A stretch of DNA of 64,000 nucleotides from a virus. Its lineage: Duplodnaviria; Heunggongvirae; Uroviricota; Caudoviricetes. A model generated the notes under the pieces. The model saw nothing but the letters and a program-made list of their open reading frames with translations, made no database searches and was not told the origin of the DNA. The DNA lies in the IMG/VR virus record IMGVR_UViG_3300031994_000015, positions 94,276 to 158,275 of that record; one strand, given 5' to 3'. The position numbers and the translations under genes are program-made. Position 1 is the first letter of the stretch. Every line of letters begins with the position of its first letter. Below, one piece after another: positions 10,901-18,881 of the stretch.

Positions 10901-11344
10901 AATAATAGTAACTTAAAGATTTCTAAAGATTATAAAGTAATAGAATCTACAATATATCAAGAAAATGATTTCTACGAAAACAACACACCATATGTATTAA
11001 AATTAGTTGGATCTAGTAATGAATTCTTGATTAACCGTATGATGTTTGAAGAAACTAATGGAGTTAACCATTTTGATAATGATAAAATGATAGTGGCTAA
11101 ATTGGAAAACAATAATAAGCTACCTGTCGATATATTTAATTCACCTAAATGGGAAATAACTCCAAAATCAATAGGAATGGATAAAACATTAAAAATCAAT
11201 TCTAATCAAAATATGGCTTTAATATCATTCCCAGAAAATAATAATGTTTATCAAAAAGGTTATTATGATGTCAAAGTAAGATATTCATTAGATAAGAATA
11301 TTCAACACCAATTGCATAAAGATGGAATTATACGTATTGGATAA
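4997..11344 (+). CDS. giant 2115-aa protein, Asn/Ile/Lys/Tyr-rich; function unknown (possibly a large virion or tail-associated protein)
   Basis: Uninterrupted 6.3-kb ORF with no credible competing ORF; no catalytic motif recognised (no DxDGD). Confidence 0.85.
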   Translation: MDFLDNSGHVFSLPSYSEEPIGHEFEENDYIFWLDNNVTSSLSVNNYYSRVINLVIPYDSYENMSFDELVDITISMDSHKFWLLKPTDIQNLVNETDNISNIVHNINAKDNYRFNTLTNDDLYVLTISNNYENSNQWVRSNMAVVPLYILGKAKEEGTWISNILIHIKDKSEDYESVTEDWVSISVGGIFKDENEILTINGQNMGITLPKEMFRAVYQQSFLNDEFNENLYNLKLKEYLINFMNIKGEQGNFRSANNSLKWFGYKDHLVLTKLMKTDNDIKEQYVHDWFNLKTDLIKSFKYFRNSTFVSIKLKENQEIGERYLFNEDKESSFFGEGKPILENLFKKEIPVKVGYDEDQWTYWKPYYDFTFYEMGLKLSCLKYYYETYFLPIHLKVHSATIAHQVFTNDIKFDNKVFNTVRTESIINTEETFENNGNNIEFKRNIVEFDSNNVRYFTHQIHYVDENFNEYKSYNDKENGKTFYKIDDTCLSIPIRFNNDVDSNGLNIPTYFNCVLLLEREGLDNETINQYRLNILNHPINIWYYDINILSKQTKKPLDLSNYEIVFSEMNQFNKSDIISNGLEGLKTYLKTYFAIPVFSKYYDLDNENYNLEFVYTDDGEYIQLYRASLTQQILNKFKNYDSNIINNLFNILDQLSVTKEDEAHNNFKYLHISETPIEYIDKDWYIYIPPISQFNFNPMNTNDIYGEIFIVPKVNIQLKFDQTEIHDFIIKPKTGNSISIKDKIRINYIPLSKVMYESHFNFVQDKTHLDSVYNSFILYPKYINNQDINYFINKKFTLRLLVNNHWYKYDFETKMPDVNLKFGTLKYKYYSTTDNYYSRFSQLLDLTSNSVTFNSFMYHPEFVEVNHINFFKDLDNYIKLNSLKYLSNDGELLKLSNFNRYIDYEYYDEDNKVKKIKIYISKFITDKKFFIYFDTDWLQEDYTLFKLIPAQIGYNLLANRNDDLCILGEERYFDFNKMFFIRNYDDNTFLGSYVYFKIDNNKCYSNKIINKYHEIYTEAGLETIGNAEDWLEIIEDLRKYNIGYINLNGISGINRIKKHIYLPLNSITNNEHIEIQNIYDQEIKYNIIPEINNFYNRYTEKININNENYLNNILIFNIFKNNQINKNIFNSTIFGNVKLSANGIMFSHNDLDEKIYLKGKALWSENIDSKYLDLYGFYINQKDSHRKYPWSWGSKIKPILGNLEAIQIPGQFIYYQDSLGNIIGSNIKINYKKENLAQIICNNIEDFTHIEDKLPSDYKWINNNVQKIKYEKFGNSDNITVTYKTGEIETNKFILNVKYIKINPLNGQYSILNEITNYDLYRINSSNNDGNLDIKLLCTIIKISVVYEEVGEEKEITLNVSDAYLSRLDTSKNIIDKLDIIPYGFGKIGNTNYIIGKRYDEYYAIDLNKLKNGKFEGIKIFCKGNSQYLDNRISSIIEAEQPGLYVYNYDYYRTSTENLNLDRLESSLDVSNDAGELLVDRGLARLYRVNYDNNIKYLIFYERDIKYAYDLMSQFSDCNAENCIILEDIYHDFKTKQHVNEGNNNTRILTKMYDKFNNKKSLLLNKIIYSKTNTDLNKIDFNILDSKFISLNDDDIVYVIYQYQNQEDLNPIIYKSYTKIELEDGENTIKGIVNNLNTTQNGIYKYVITNKFNYIKNYIYTLTWETNIYGASINLFILKENSYEILKYKDSEFLMTDDIKSIQMSFVVENNVQNTFIDGYIIPKIFSSKLTNSYSQLKYIPSSDSNKFIEINIDGNKYVYDDNTDDDKVKLYNDFFEIDYLATKRDENGRISEENTGTVYEIEKLFNIEKNYLKWSNNNQFTCRKIISNTDLHNNTILITNGDVYYEYTQVNDKDILAYFDSLSEFNKYNLVNLIKYDFSIKTYIDFYDCHVYKYIIDSTPINEDNDCIITENLEEIKLPDYFVEENYVKVIKQKINLKKFFDYDFYLMHDYDYWYGVFISKEVISKNINNSNLKISKDYKVIESTIYQENDFYENNTPYVLKLVGSSNEFLINRMMFEETNGVNHFDNDKMIVAKLENNNKLPVDIFNSPKWEITPKSIGMDKTLKINSNQNMALISFPENNNVYQKGYYDVKVRYSLDKNIQHQLHKDGIIRIG

Positions 11345-11375
11345 ATTATTTTTAATTATAAATATTAAATGAATT

Positions 11376-11795
11376 ATGAAAGAAATATCTCAATGGTTAT
11401 TTGAACATATCAATACACCTAAAACTACTAAAGCCTTTGTAATAATCAAACCTGGATTTTTAGATTATACACAAGAAATTTATGATTACATTAAAGAAAA
11501 AGGTTTTGAAATGTATGATCATACTAACAAACAACAACTTAGTGATTGGCAAATAAAAGAACTTTATAAGATGCATAAAGATAAAGATTTCTATAAAGAT
11601 CTTTGTGAATATATGAAAGGATATATTGAAGCATCTATTTGGGGTTATGAAGGTTCAAAAGATCCAATTAAAGAGATGGATAAAATCAAAGATCATTTTA
11701 GGGATAAATATGGTAAAGATGATATGAGAAATGTTATGCATAGTTCAGATTCAAAAACAAATGTAATGAGAGAAGCAAAATTAATATTTAATTAA
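11376..11795 (+). CDS. ndk: nucleoside diphosphate kinase
   Basis: AFVIIKPGF (NDK IKPDG region) and NVMHSSDSKTNVMREAKLIF (NDK HGSDS...E..LWF C-terminal signature); spacing is consistent along the whole length. Confidence 0.75.
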   Translation: MKEISQWLFEHINTPKTTKAFVIIKPGFLDYTQEIYDYIKEKGFEMYDHTNKQQLSDWQIKELYKMHKDKDFYKDLCEYMKGYIEASIWGYEGSKDPIKEMDKIKDHFRDKYGKDDMRNVMHSSDSKTNVMREAKLIFN

Positions 11796-11820
11796 ATAAC
11801 AAATAATATTAAAAAAAATT

Positions 11821-11852
11821 AGCTAGGAATTTGAAATTCCTAGCTTTTTTTC
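11821..11852 (+). terminator. Rho-independent terminator (agctaggaatttgaaattcctagct + T7)
   Basis: Perfect 11-bp stem followed by a T-run immediately after ndk. Confidence 0.7.
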
Positions 11853-11880
11853 TATATTATATATGTAAAACAAATAAATA
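11852..11880 (+). promoter_or_regulatory. conserved promoter-like motif CTATATTATATATGTAAAACAAATAAATA
   Basis: Near-identical motif also at 30744 and 14689, with a variant at 40833; each lies 30-55 nt upstream of the start of a GC-rich gene. Confidence 0.5.
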
Positions 11881-11888
11881 TTAAAAAT

Positions 11889-12263
11889 ATGAATAAGATT
11901 ACAGAAGCCCTTTCAAAGATTTTTACAGAGAAGCAGATTCAGGTCCTCAAAGATGCTTGGAGATATGGAGCATGGGGAGACTCAGAAGTTAATTTCGGTA
12001 AAGATGAAGATGAGTGGGGACTCGGTGCTTGTACAAATGATGCTAAGAAGGGAGGTCACTTCACCGGTCGTCAGGTCTCCGGCATTATGTCAGGTATCTC
12101 TAAGAAGATCGATGCAACTGGTACTGATATGGTAGCAAGCTTTCCTGACTGGTGGGGAGATGGAACTGGAGATATGGTTTTCTTCAATCATCATGCCCTT
12201 GGTTTTGATAATTCCGACGAAGGATGGGATGCTTTGAATGAGTGGTCAAAGTCAAATGATTAA
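11889..12263 (+). CDS. hypothetical small protein, GC-rich, Gly/Trp/Asp-rich (124 aa)
   Basis: Codon usage is markedly GC-richer than neighbours; preceded by a terminator and the conserved motif. Confidence 0.6.
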   Translation: MNKITEALSKIFTEKQIQVLKDAWRYGAWGDSEVNFGKDEDEWGLGACTNDAKKGGHFTGRQVSGIMSGISKKIDATGTDMVASFPDWWGDGTGDMVFFNHHALGFDNSDEGWDALNEWSKSND

Positions 12264-12268
12264 ATAAT

Positions 12269-12439
12269 ATGTTAACAGAAAAAGACAAGAAGCTAATTGA
12301 AGAAGCTTATAAAGTACCTTACACCGAATGGTATCTTATAGATGAAAATAAAGCTGAAACTCCTGAAGGAAAAGAAGCACTCCATTCTATAGCAAGTAGT
12401 AAATATCATACAGACGAATATTACGCAGGTTTACTTTAA
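12269..12439 (+). CDS. hypothetical small protein (56 aa, MLTEKDKKLIEEAYKVPYTEWY...)
   Basis: Below the 60-aa track threshold; fills the gap between 12263 and 12441 with TAATATG-type junctions on both sides. Confidence 0.4.
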   Translation: MLTEKDKKLIEEAYKVPYTEWYLIDENKAETPEGKEALHSIASSKYHTDEYYAGLL

Positions 12440-12440
12440 T

Positions 12441-12707
12441 ATGGAAAAGAAGTCAGTTACTCCGAAGATTAAAAATGGTACAATTTGTACTTTAATCAAG
12501 AATGAGAATACAGTATTTCACCTTATTGGAAAAAACTATAAGCTTGGTTATCCTTATGCCGATATTGTAATGTTCAGAGGTGAATTTACATGCATGGGTG
12601 GAGCTCAAACAGTAGCTTATACAAATGAGTGGAAAGAAGCTTCTGACGAACAGAAAGAGCATTGGTATTCAGAATATAAGAAAGTAACAGGTAAAGATTG
12701 GAAGTAA
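12441..12707 (+). CDS. hypothetical protein
   Basis: 88-aa ORF in the packed operon. Confidence 0.45.
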   Translation: MEKKSVTPKIKNGTICTLIKNENTVFHLIGKNYKLGYPYADIVMFRGEFTCMGGAQTVAYTNEWKEASDEQKEHWYSEYKKVTGKDWK

Positions 12708-12949
12708 TGAATGTATTAGAAATTGGTAAAACTGCAGGAGTCAATCCTATGTTTCAGGCAATGTATGCCTTTGGAACAATTGATAGTTGGCTTGAAAAAA
12801 TGGATGAATATTTTGCAAATCCTATGCGATATAGTTCAATTATCAATAAGCTTGGACAATGTGGAATTGATAAAGAACTTATTGACTCCATGCATGTAGC
12901 TAAAGATTTTATGAACAAAATTGTTGAAGCCACTAAGACAAATAAATAA
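12698..12949 (+). CDS. hypothetical protein
   Basis: 83-aa ORF. Confidence 0.4.
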   Translation: MEVMNVLEIGKTAGVNPMFQAMYAFGTIDSWLEKMDEYFANPMRYSSIINKLGQCGIDKELIDSMHVAKDFMNKIVEATKTNK

Positions 12950-13461
12950 TGAGAAAATTGATTTTTACAATGCTCTTATTGAGCACATTTAATACATTTG
13001 CATATAATATTTCAACTTCTGGTAAACAGTTTATAAAAGATCAAGAGACTTGTGTTTTGACAGCATATTGGGATTCGAATGGGTATTCAATTGGTTGGGG
13101 ACATCATGGTTCAGATGTGAAAAAGAACATGAAAATCTCTAAAGCCCAAGCGAATAAGTATTTTAATAAAGATATTAAAGAGATTGAAGCGGCTGCAAAT
13201 CGTCTTATCAACAATCTTCCTTACAAGTATAAGTTTTCACAAGGATTTTTTGATGGTCTTTGTTCATTAGTATATAATACCGGTGAAGGTGGAGTACAAA
13301 AGTCTGAGTTCTATCAACGGTTGAAACGATGCCGAGTAAAGAATGGAAAAATGAATCAAAATGATTTGAACTATTCTATCGCTGGTGTAAAGACATCTCG
13401 AATTTCTTGTAAAGGACATATTTCTCGTAGATATGATGAACATAAGTTAATGCTTAACTAA
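12949..13461 (+). CDS. lysozyme (glycoside hydrolase family 24, T4 e-like) with N-terminal signal peptide
   Basis: Hydrophobic N-terminus MRKLIFTMLLLSTFNTFA, then QETCVLTAYWDSNGYSIGWGH matching the GH24 E...D...T(A/S)Y.D..G..TIG.GH signature. Confidence 0.7.
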   Translation: MRKLIFTMLLLSTFNTFAYNISTSGKQFIKDQETCVLTAYWDSNGYSIGWGHHGSDVKKNMKISKAQANKYFNKDIKEIEAAANRLINNLPYKYKFSQGFFDGLCSLVYNTGEGGVQKSEFYQRLKRCRVKNGKMNQNDLNYSIAGVKTSRISCKGHISRRYDEHKLMLN

Positions 13462-13462
13462 T

Positions 13463-13657
13463 ATGAAAGAATATATACCAAAAGAATCAGTTATCAAAGA
13501 ATTAAAGAGAAGATTCGGATTTGTTGAAAATAGAATGCTAAGAAATCGTTGTTATAATGATGAAGCTATAGCAGCATGGGATAGAGATGCAGCACTATAT
13601 AAAGTTTATCAAGATTTAATTTCTTTTACTATTGATTTACCTACAATTACAAAATAA
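13463..13657 (+). CDS. hypothetical protein
   Basis: 64-aa ORF. Confidence 0.4.
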   Translation: MKEYIPKESVIKELKRRFGFVENRMLRNRCYNDEAIAAWDRDAALYKVYQDLISFTIDLPTITK

Positions 13658-13658
13658 T

Positions 13659-14027
13659 ATGAAAAATTGGATTAGTAGACATTGGTTTGGTATTACAATG
13701 ACAATTGGGATTTCAATTATACCACTATTCATAATTAGTGAATTAATATACTATAATTGTGAGGAAGATAGTAAAGTATATGTTGAATGGACAGTATATG
13801 ATGGCTATACTCCAAGAAATTATTCTGGTACTTATGAAATGAAAGGCTCAGAATTTGAAGTACAAAACTATTGGCAATCGGCCGGCAAATATAGAGGTTC
13901 ATATAGAGTTGTACGTATTGTTGATAAGAATGCTGGTGGCTCTTATATTAATAGACAATCAGTATGTATTTATACAGGAATGAATGATGTTGAAGTAACT
14001 AAAATTAAAGTTTTAGAAACAAAGTAA
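13659..14027 (+). CDS. small membrane protein (one TM helix: WFGITMTIGISIIPLFIISELIYY); possible holin or lysis accessory protein
   Basis: Start moved to the internal ATG at 13659, immediately after the stop of the upstream gene; lies downstream of the lysozyme. Confidence 0.4.
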   Translation: MKNWISRHWFGITMTIGISIIPLFIISELIYYNCEEDSKVYVEWTVYDGYTPRNYSGTYEMKGSEFEVQNYWQSAGKYRGSYRVVRIVDKNAGGSYINRQSVCIYTGMNDVEVTKIKVLETK

Positions 14028-14028
14028 T

Positions 14029-14298
14029 ATGAAATACGAAGTATTATTTGACTTAGAATATTATAATGGCTCTAATGGTTCTGAATGTGTAACCTTTGAA
14101 ACTTTTGGAAAGAATAAGAAAGTTTTAAGAGCTAAACTTAAAGAATATATTGAAAGTTTTTATAAAGCCCCAGAAAAACTTCATAATGTAAGAATTGTAT
14201 ATATTAAGAGATTTGAGTCAATACGTCCTTACAGTGTATGGGGTAGAGAAGAATGGGATAAGTTTAACGATAAATTATATCATAAAAATTATGGATGA
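14029..14298 (+). CDS. hypothetical protein
   Basis: 89-aa ORF. Confidence 0.4.
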   Translation: MKYEVLFDLEYYNGSNGSECVTFETFGKNKKVLRAKLKEYIESFYKAPEKLHNVRIVYIKRFESIRPYSVWGREEWDKFNDKLYHKNYG

Positions 14299-14488
14299 GG
14301 AAAAACTTTATTCAATGTATGTAAAATGTATCAATCCTCCTAAGATGACATTTTTTTACATAAATTGTACATATTTCTTAAAGTATCATAGAATGAATGA
14401 TATTGTATGGTATACAGCTGAAGATGGAAATTATATAGAACATACTTTCCATGAAAATTCTTGGCAAAAATATTTTGAAAAAATTTAA
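14291..14488 (+). CDS. hypothetical protein (MDEEKLYSMYVKCINPPK...)
   Basis: Track ORF 14195 trimmed to the internal ATG overlapping the stop of the upstream gene (ATGGATGA). Confidence 0.35.
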   Translation: MDEEKLYSMYVKCINPPKMTFFYINCTYFLKYHRMNDIVWYTAEDGNYIEHTFHENSWQKYFEKI

Positions 14489-14493
14489 TTATA

Positions 14494-14665
14494 ATGATTA
14501 TGGGAATTAAGTGGTATTTACAGTATGCATGGGTTAAGTTAAATATTTGGGTATTAACTCCTATTGTTTGGATTGAACAGAAATGGGATGAATATAAAGA
14601 ATGGCGTCTCCGTACTTATATTCAATATCAAATTGCTATGAGTGAAATTAATAAAAACAAATAAT
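14494..14665 (+). CDS. hypothetical small Trp-rich protein (56 aa)
   Basis: Below the track threshold; fills an otherwise empty 240-bp gap. Confidence 0.3.
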
Positions 14666-14688
14666 ATTTGAAATTTATAATAGAATAT

Positions 14689-14705
14689 CTATATTATATA
14701 AGTAA
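14689..14705 (+). promoter_or_regulatory. conserved promoter-like motif CTATATTATATAAGTAA
   Basis: Same core as 11852 and 30744, located 24 nt upstream of the GC-rich gene 14729. Confidence 0.45.
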
Positions 14706-14728
14706 TTAACAATTTAAATAATATAATA

Positions 14729-15358
14729 ATGGATAAAGTATTTTATGTAATTGAGTCTCTTCTTGACCCTACAGAGGATAATTCATTTTCTCTTGTTGAT
14801 GAGACTTCTGGTGAGAACAAAGCAACTGTAGTTATCAAGGATGGTAAGGCCGGAATTTATTTTGAATCCGGTGACATTGAGGAGTTTGGTGAGGATTTTG
14901 GCCGAATGCTTGCCCGAGTTAAGGAGTTGGATTTGAAGTTTATCAAGCTTATGAATGGCAATCACCGTTGGCATAAGTATAACCCAAATCCTAAGTCACG
15001 TAATATTGGTGATTGCACTCTTCGTTCTTATTGTGCCGCTTTTGATATTACTTGGGAGAAGGCATTTGATATTGCATCTCGTGTAGCTAAGGCTAATTCA
15101 AGTATGGTTCAGTATGTTTCTGATAAGGTTCTTATTGAGGAGTTTGGTTGTACTGTTGATGAGAACTATAATAAGAAGAAGGTTAAGGGAAAGGATCGAA
15201 TTACTGTCAACAACTTTGCAATGACCCATCCTTATGGAACTTACATTCTTCATGTTCGTCAGCATCAGGTAACTGTTAAGAATGGTGAATATTGGGACTC
15301 TTGGGATAGTGGTGACAAGAAAGTTGATACAGTTTATCTTCCACCTAAGAAGAATTAA
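14729..15358 (+). CDS. hypothetical protein, GC-rich (209 aa)
   Basis: GC-rich codon usage; preceded by the motif and followed by a terminator. Confidence 0.6.
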   Translation: MDKVFYVIESLLDPTEDNSFSLVDETSGENKATVVIKDGKAGIYFESGDIEEFGEDFGRMLARVKELDLKFIKLMNGNHRWHKYNPNPKSRNIGDCTLRSYCAAFDITWEKAFDIASRVAKANSSMVQYVSDKVLIEEFGCTVDENYNKKKVKGKDRITVNNFAMTHPYGTYILHVRQHQVTVKNGEYWDSWDSGDKKVDTVYLPPKKN

Positions 15359-15376
15359 AATATATCATTATTAAAG

Positions 15377-15410
15377 AAAGGTAGCTAGAAATAGCTACCT
15401 TTTTTGTTTT
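15377..15410 (+). terminator. Rho-independent terminator (aaaggtagcta gaaa tagctaccttt + T-run)
   Basis: Inverted repeat plus TTTTTGTTTT. Confidence 0.65.
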
Positions 15411-15450
15411 AAATTTATTTTTATATATATCAAAATAATATATAGAAATA

Positions 15451-17670
15451 ATGGCTTTATCATTAGGATCTATTGCATCAAGTGCATTAAGTGGGGTTTC
15501 TGTACAAAGTACTTTATCTGGTTTAGGTGGCTTAGGAAGTACTATTAATAACCTTATTAGTGGTGATGTATATACAAATGTACCAACAAAAGATTTAACA
15601 TTAACACAAGCAACTAAAGTAAATATATTCAAAAAGGATAATACAATATCCGGTTTTAATGGATATATAGGGTTAAAACGATACAATCATTCAAATTCAG
15701 TTATTTTTGAAGACCCTTCTAAATTTGGGTTATCATTCTTAAGAGAAATGAATACCTATCAATTCACATATCAAAAGGGTATCAAAGCTTTTTATAATTC
15801 ATCATTAGAAGGAAAAAAAGTTCAAGTGGCTTATCTTAGTACTAATTCTTCAATGGCTTTATTTAATCCTTATTATGGTGTTGCAGCTGCCGGTATTGCT
15901 CCTAATGTTCCTTTGATAAATGGTTTATATACGACTGAAAATAATTTCACTTATATTAAAGATTGTACAATTCAAAATTTGATTAAAGATTCATTAACTA
16001 TGAATTCTCCATTAGGTCAAGCAAGATATAGATTGATTGACTTTATGTATTGTAAAGATTTAGGAAAAGTTCCAAATAACCATTTAATAACATTACGTAG
16101 ATTTCCATTTGCAATCGGTGATCATATTGGTAGATTAACAAATCCTAATATGTCTGATCCAAGTGCTCAAGATGCTAACTTTAGTACACCAGGTGATATC
16201 GGTAGATTGGTAACTTGGTTTGGCACTGAAGATAATAAACTTGAAGATATTTGCAAGTATGAAATGAAAATGTCTTGGAAGGAGTATAATTCAGAAATCC
16301 AAGAAGTTGATAATGGTAACCAAGACCAAGATAAAGCTGAGAGAGGTTTATTTGGTACATTAGCTAATACTATGAATCCGGCATATAATTCTTTTAATGT
16401 CAAATATGGTGGAGCTAACAATACTTTCTTTAATTATTTAGGTTCAAAAATTTTCAAGACTAATTTGGATTCTAGTTCTAACTATGATATATTTAGAATG
16501 GATTCTGATAAGAATAAAGTTTATACCCCAAAGAATACCGTTCAAGATACTCATATTTATGAAGGTAAATTAACATTAAATCAAGAAATAACAATTAACT
16601 TTTGTTATAAACTTAGAGCTTATGATAATATTAATCCTAAGTCAGCTATGCTTGATTTAATGGGTAATATTTTAGAGACAACATATAATAGAGGTAGATA
16701 TTGGGCAGGTGCAAGAAGAATGATTGGTCCACCTACTAATACTTCAGCATGGCAAACTTATGATGCTTTCTTAGAGAATGCTTGGCAAAAATTAGGTGGA
16801 GTGATTCATGCTATGGCTTCTGGTACAATTAATTTCAATGATATATTAGGTTCAATAGCTAATTTCATGAAAGGTGCTCTTGATAAAGGTACCAAAATGG
16901 TTGGAAATGTTGTAGAATCTGTTCAAGATAAAGGTGTTTTAGGGGCTGTAGCTAGTGGAGCAGAAGAATTAGAAAAATTAACAGGTGCTTCTAATGCTGT
17001 AAAAGCAATGTTAAAGAGTAAATTAGGTCGTCCAAAACTTTTTGCTTTGAATTCACTTATTGGTGGTCATGATGTTGGTTTTTGGCATTTAACTGTTGGT
17101 AATCCATATAACCCAATCATGTCAATAGGTAATCTTATTATGACTAATTCTTCAGTTCAACACATGGGACCTTTAGGAGTAGATGACTTCCCGTCAGAGG
17201 TTAAAGTAACAGTTACATTAAAACCTGGTAGATCTAGAGATGTTATAGAAATTGGCAGATATTATACCCAAGGTATTAGAGGTATTTATCAAGCTAAAGT
17301 TAGACAACCAATAGAGCAATTCCACCAAATGAATTTAGCTATTGGTGAAAATGCAAAAAATAATGTATATGTAGCCCCAGAAAATGAAGTAGAAGAAGAT
17401 AGATTGGTATCTTCAAAAAATCAACCAAATAAATCTTCACAACAAGCCCAACCAAATACTAATAATAATCCTAATAAAGGAGCTAAGGATGCACAACCAG
17501 ATACAGCGATGGAATTAGCTAATCGCCAAGTGATGGAGAAATATCAAGGATATAAAAATGCTTCAAATGATGGTTTAATTACTGATCCTACTAATGCAAT
17601 GTTATTCACTCATAATCAATATAACCCATTATTCTTGATGAGAGGATATGATGAAGTTGCTTCTGGTTAA
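15451..17670 (+). CDS. large hypothetical protein (739 aa), Ser/Gly-rich N-terminus and Asn/Gln/Pro-rich C-terminal tail; possibly a virion protein
   Basis: Long ORF with no catalytic motif recognised. Confidence 0.6.
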   Translation: MALSLGSIASSALSGVSVQSTLSGLGGLGSTINNLISGDVYTNVPTKDLTLTQATKVNIFKKDNTISGFNGYIGLKRYNHSNSVIFEDPSKFGLSFLREMNTYQFTYQKGIKAFYNSSLEGKKVQVAYLSTNSSMALFNPYYGVAAAGIAPNVPLINGLYTTENNFTYIKDCTIQNLIKDSLTMNSPLGQARYRLIDFMYCKDLGKVPNNHLITLRRFPFAIGDHIGRLTNPNMSDPSAQDANFSTPGDIGRLVTWFGTEDNKLEDICKYEMKMSWKEYNSEIQEVDNGNQDQDKAERGLFGTLANTMNPAYNSFNVKYGGANNTFFNYLGSKIFKTNLDSSSNYDIFRMDSDKNKVYTPKNTVQDTHIYEGKLTLNQEITINFCYKLRAYDNINPKSAMLDLMGNILETTYNRGRYWAGARRMIGPPTNTSAWQTYDAFLENAWQKLGGVIHAMASGTINFNDILGSIANFMKGALDKGTKMVGNVVESVQDKGVLGAVASGAEELEKLTGASNAVKAMLKSKLGRPKLFALNSLIGGHDVGFWHLTVGNPYNPIMSIGNLIMTNSSVQHMGPLGVDDFPSEVKVTVTLKPGRSRDVIEIGRYYTQGIRGIYQAKVRQPIEQFHQMNLAIGENAKNNVYVAPENEVEEDRLVSSKNQPNKSSQQAQPNTNNNPNKGAKDAQPDTAMELANRQVMEKYQGYKNASNDGLITDPTNAMLFTHNQYNPLFLMRGYDEVASG

Positions 17671-17726
17671 ATTGAATTAACATTTATTAATATCTATTTT
17701 AATATATAAAAACATATGTTTGTTTA

Positions 17727-18803
17727 ATGAATAAAATTTTATTTATTGGTCTTAATGGATATGCAGGAGCAGGAAAAGATACAGTAGCAAAAATGCTTAA
17801 AACAATATTATCTAAAGATTGGGAAACATTAGATGAATGCAAGAAATATTATTTTAGTAGATATACAAACCCTACACAATCAGCTACTTACCATATAACT
17901 AAATTTGATGAAGATGATGAAAAGGTTTTATGTATAGCTTATGCAGATCAATTAAAAGAAATTTGTGCAAAGATGTTTGGAATACCAAGGCAAAGATTCT
18001 ACCAAAATAAATCTACAGCTTGGATTTGTATTAATGATAAATTTCAATATACAGAGATAAAACCTGATGAAGACCATATAATAACTGCTGATGAATATTA
18101 TTACTCTACTTCTTCTATAGGTGAAAACCAACCTAAAATGTGGATGTCTTTAAGAGAAATTCTTGTATATGTTGGAACTTATGTATTACAACAATCTATA
18201 AATAAAAAAATATTTGTCAATATAGTACGTAATACAGTTAAAGAAGAACAACAAAGAAATCCTAAACTTGAATATGTTATTGTAACAGATAATAGATTTA
18301 ATCATGAACTTGAATATATCCATGAAACAAATGGTATAACTATTTCTATTCAACGTAATTCTGTAGAGCAATTGGATAATGTTGCAGAACATGATTTGGA
18401 TGATGTTGAAGATTATGATTACATTATAGATAATTCTGGATCTTATGATGAATTATTTGAGCAAATATGGAATATTGTGCATGATAATATAGAATTTAGA
18501 AATATAACTATTGATTTATATAATAGAGATAATGTAAATAATTATCTTAGATTAATAGAAGTTACAGAAGAAACACCCGAAGAAGATAGTTACAATATTT
18601 ATAAATTATGTTCTCCATTAAAGATTCAACAATTATATAAGAATGGTGATGAAATAACTGTGATAAATCCTACTGGTGGGCCAATGATTTGTATAAATGA
18701 AGAAATTGATGGAACAGAAGATTTGATTCCAATAAAAATCATCATGGATGAAAACACTAATCAATTTTTAATATATACACTCAGTAATGATATGGATAGC
18801 TAG
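17727..18803 (+). CDS. P-loop nucleotide kinase, T4 gp1 (dNMP kinase)-like
   Basis: FIGLNGYAGAGKDTVA matches the G..G.GKDT P-loop characteristic of phage dNMP kinases; 358 aa. Confidence 0.5.
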   Translation: MNKILFIGLNGYAGAGKDTVAKMLKTILSKDWETLDECKKYYFSRYTNPTQSATYHITKFDEDDEKVLCIAYADQLKEICAKMFGIPRQRFYQNKSTAWICINDKFQYTEIKPDEDHIITADEYYYSTSSIGENQPKMWMSLREILVYVGTYVLQQSINKKIFVNIVRNTVKEEQQRNPKLEYVIVTDNRFNHELEYIHETNGITISIQRNSVEQLDNVAEHDLDDVEDYDYIIDNSGSYDELFEQIWNIVHDNIEFRNITIDLYNRDNVNNYLRLIEVTEETPEEDSYNIYKLCSPLKIQQLYKNGDEITVINPTGGPMICINEEIDGTEDLIPIKIIMDENTNQFLIYTLSNDMDS

Positions 18804-18828
18804 TTAGCTATCCATTTTTAATTTTTAT
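18794..18828 (+). terminator. Rho-independent terminator (ggatagctagttagctatcc + atttttaattttt)
   Basis: Perfect 8-bp stem overlapping the stop codon. Confidence 0.55.
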
Positions 18829-18881
18829 TATTTTTATATAATAAAGATAATAAATATTTGAGTGATTATGATTAAATAAAA

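Noticed and set aside
6956-11199. Minus-strand ORFs 6956-7144 and 10972-11199
   Set aside because: Antisense within the 2115-aa gene; shadow ORFs.
11953-12135. Alternative-frame ORF inside the GC-rich gene 11889-12263
   Set aside because: High local GC suppresses stop codons in other frames, and the main frame has a conserved promoter and sensible junctions.
14783-18392. Minus-strand ORFs 14783-14974, 15345-15686, 16167-16421 and 18186-18392
   Set aside because: Antisense to well-supported plus-strand genes. ORF 15345-15686 also spans a terminator and an intergenic region.
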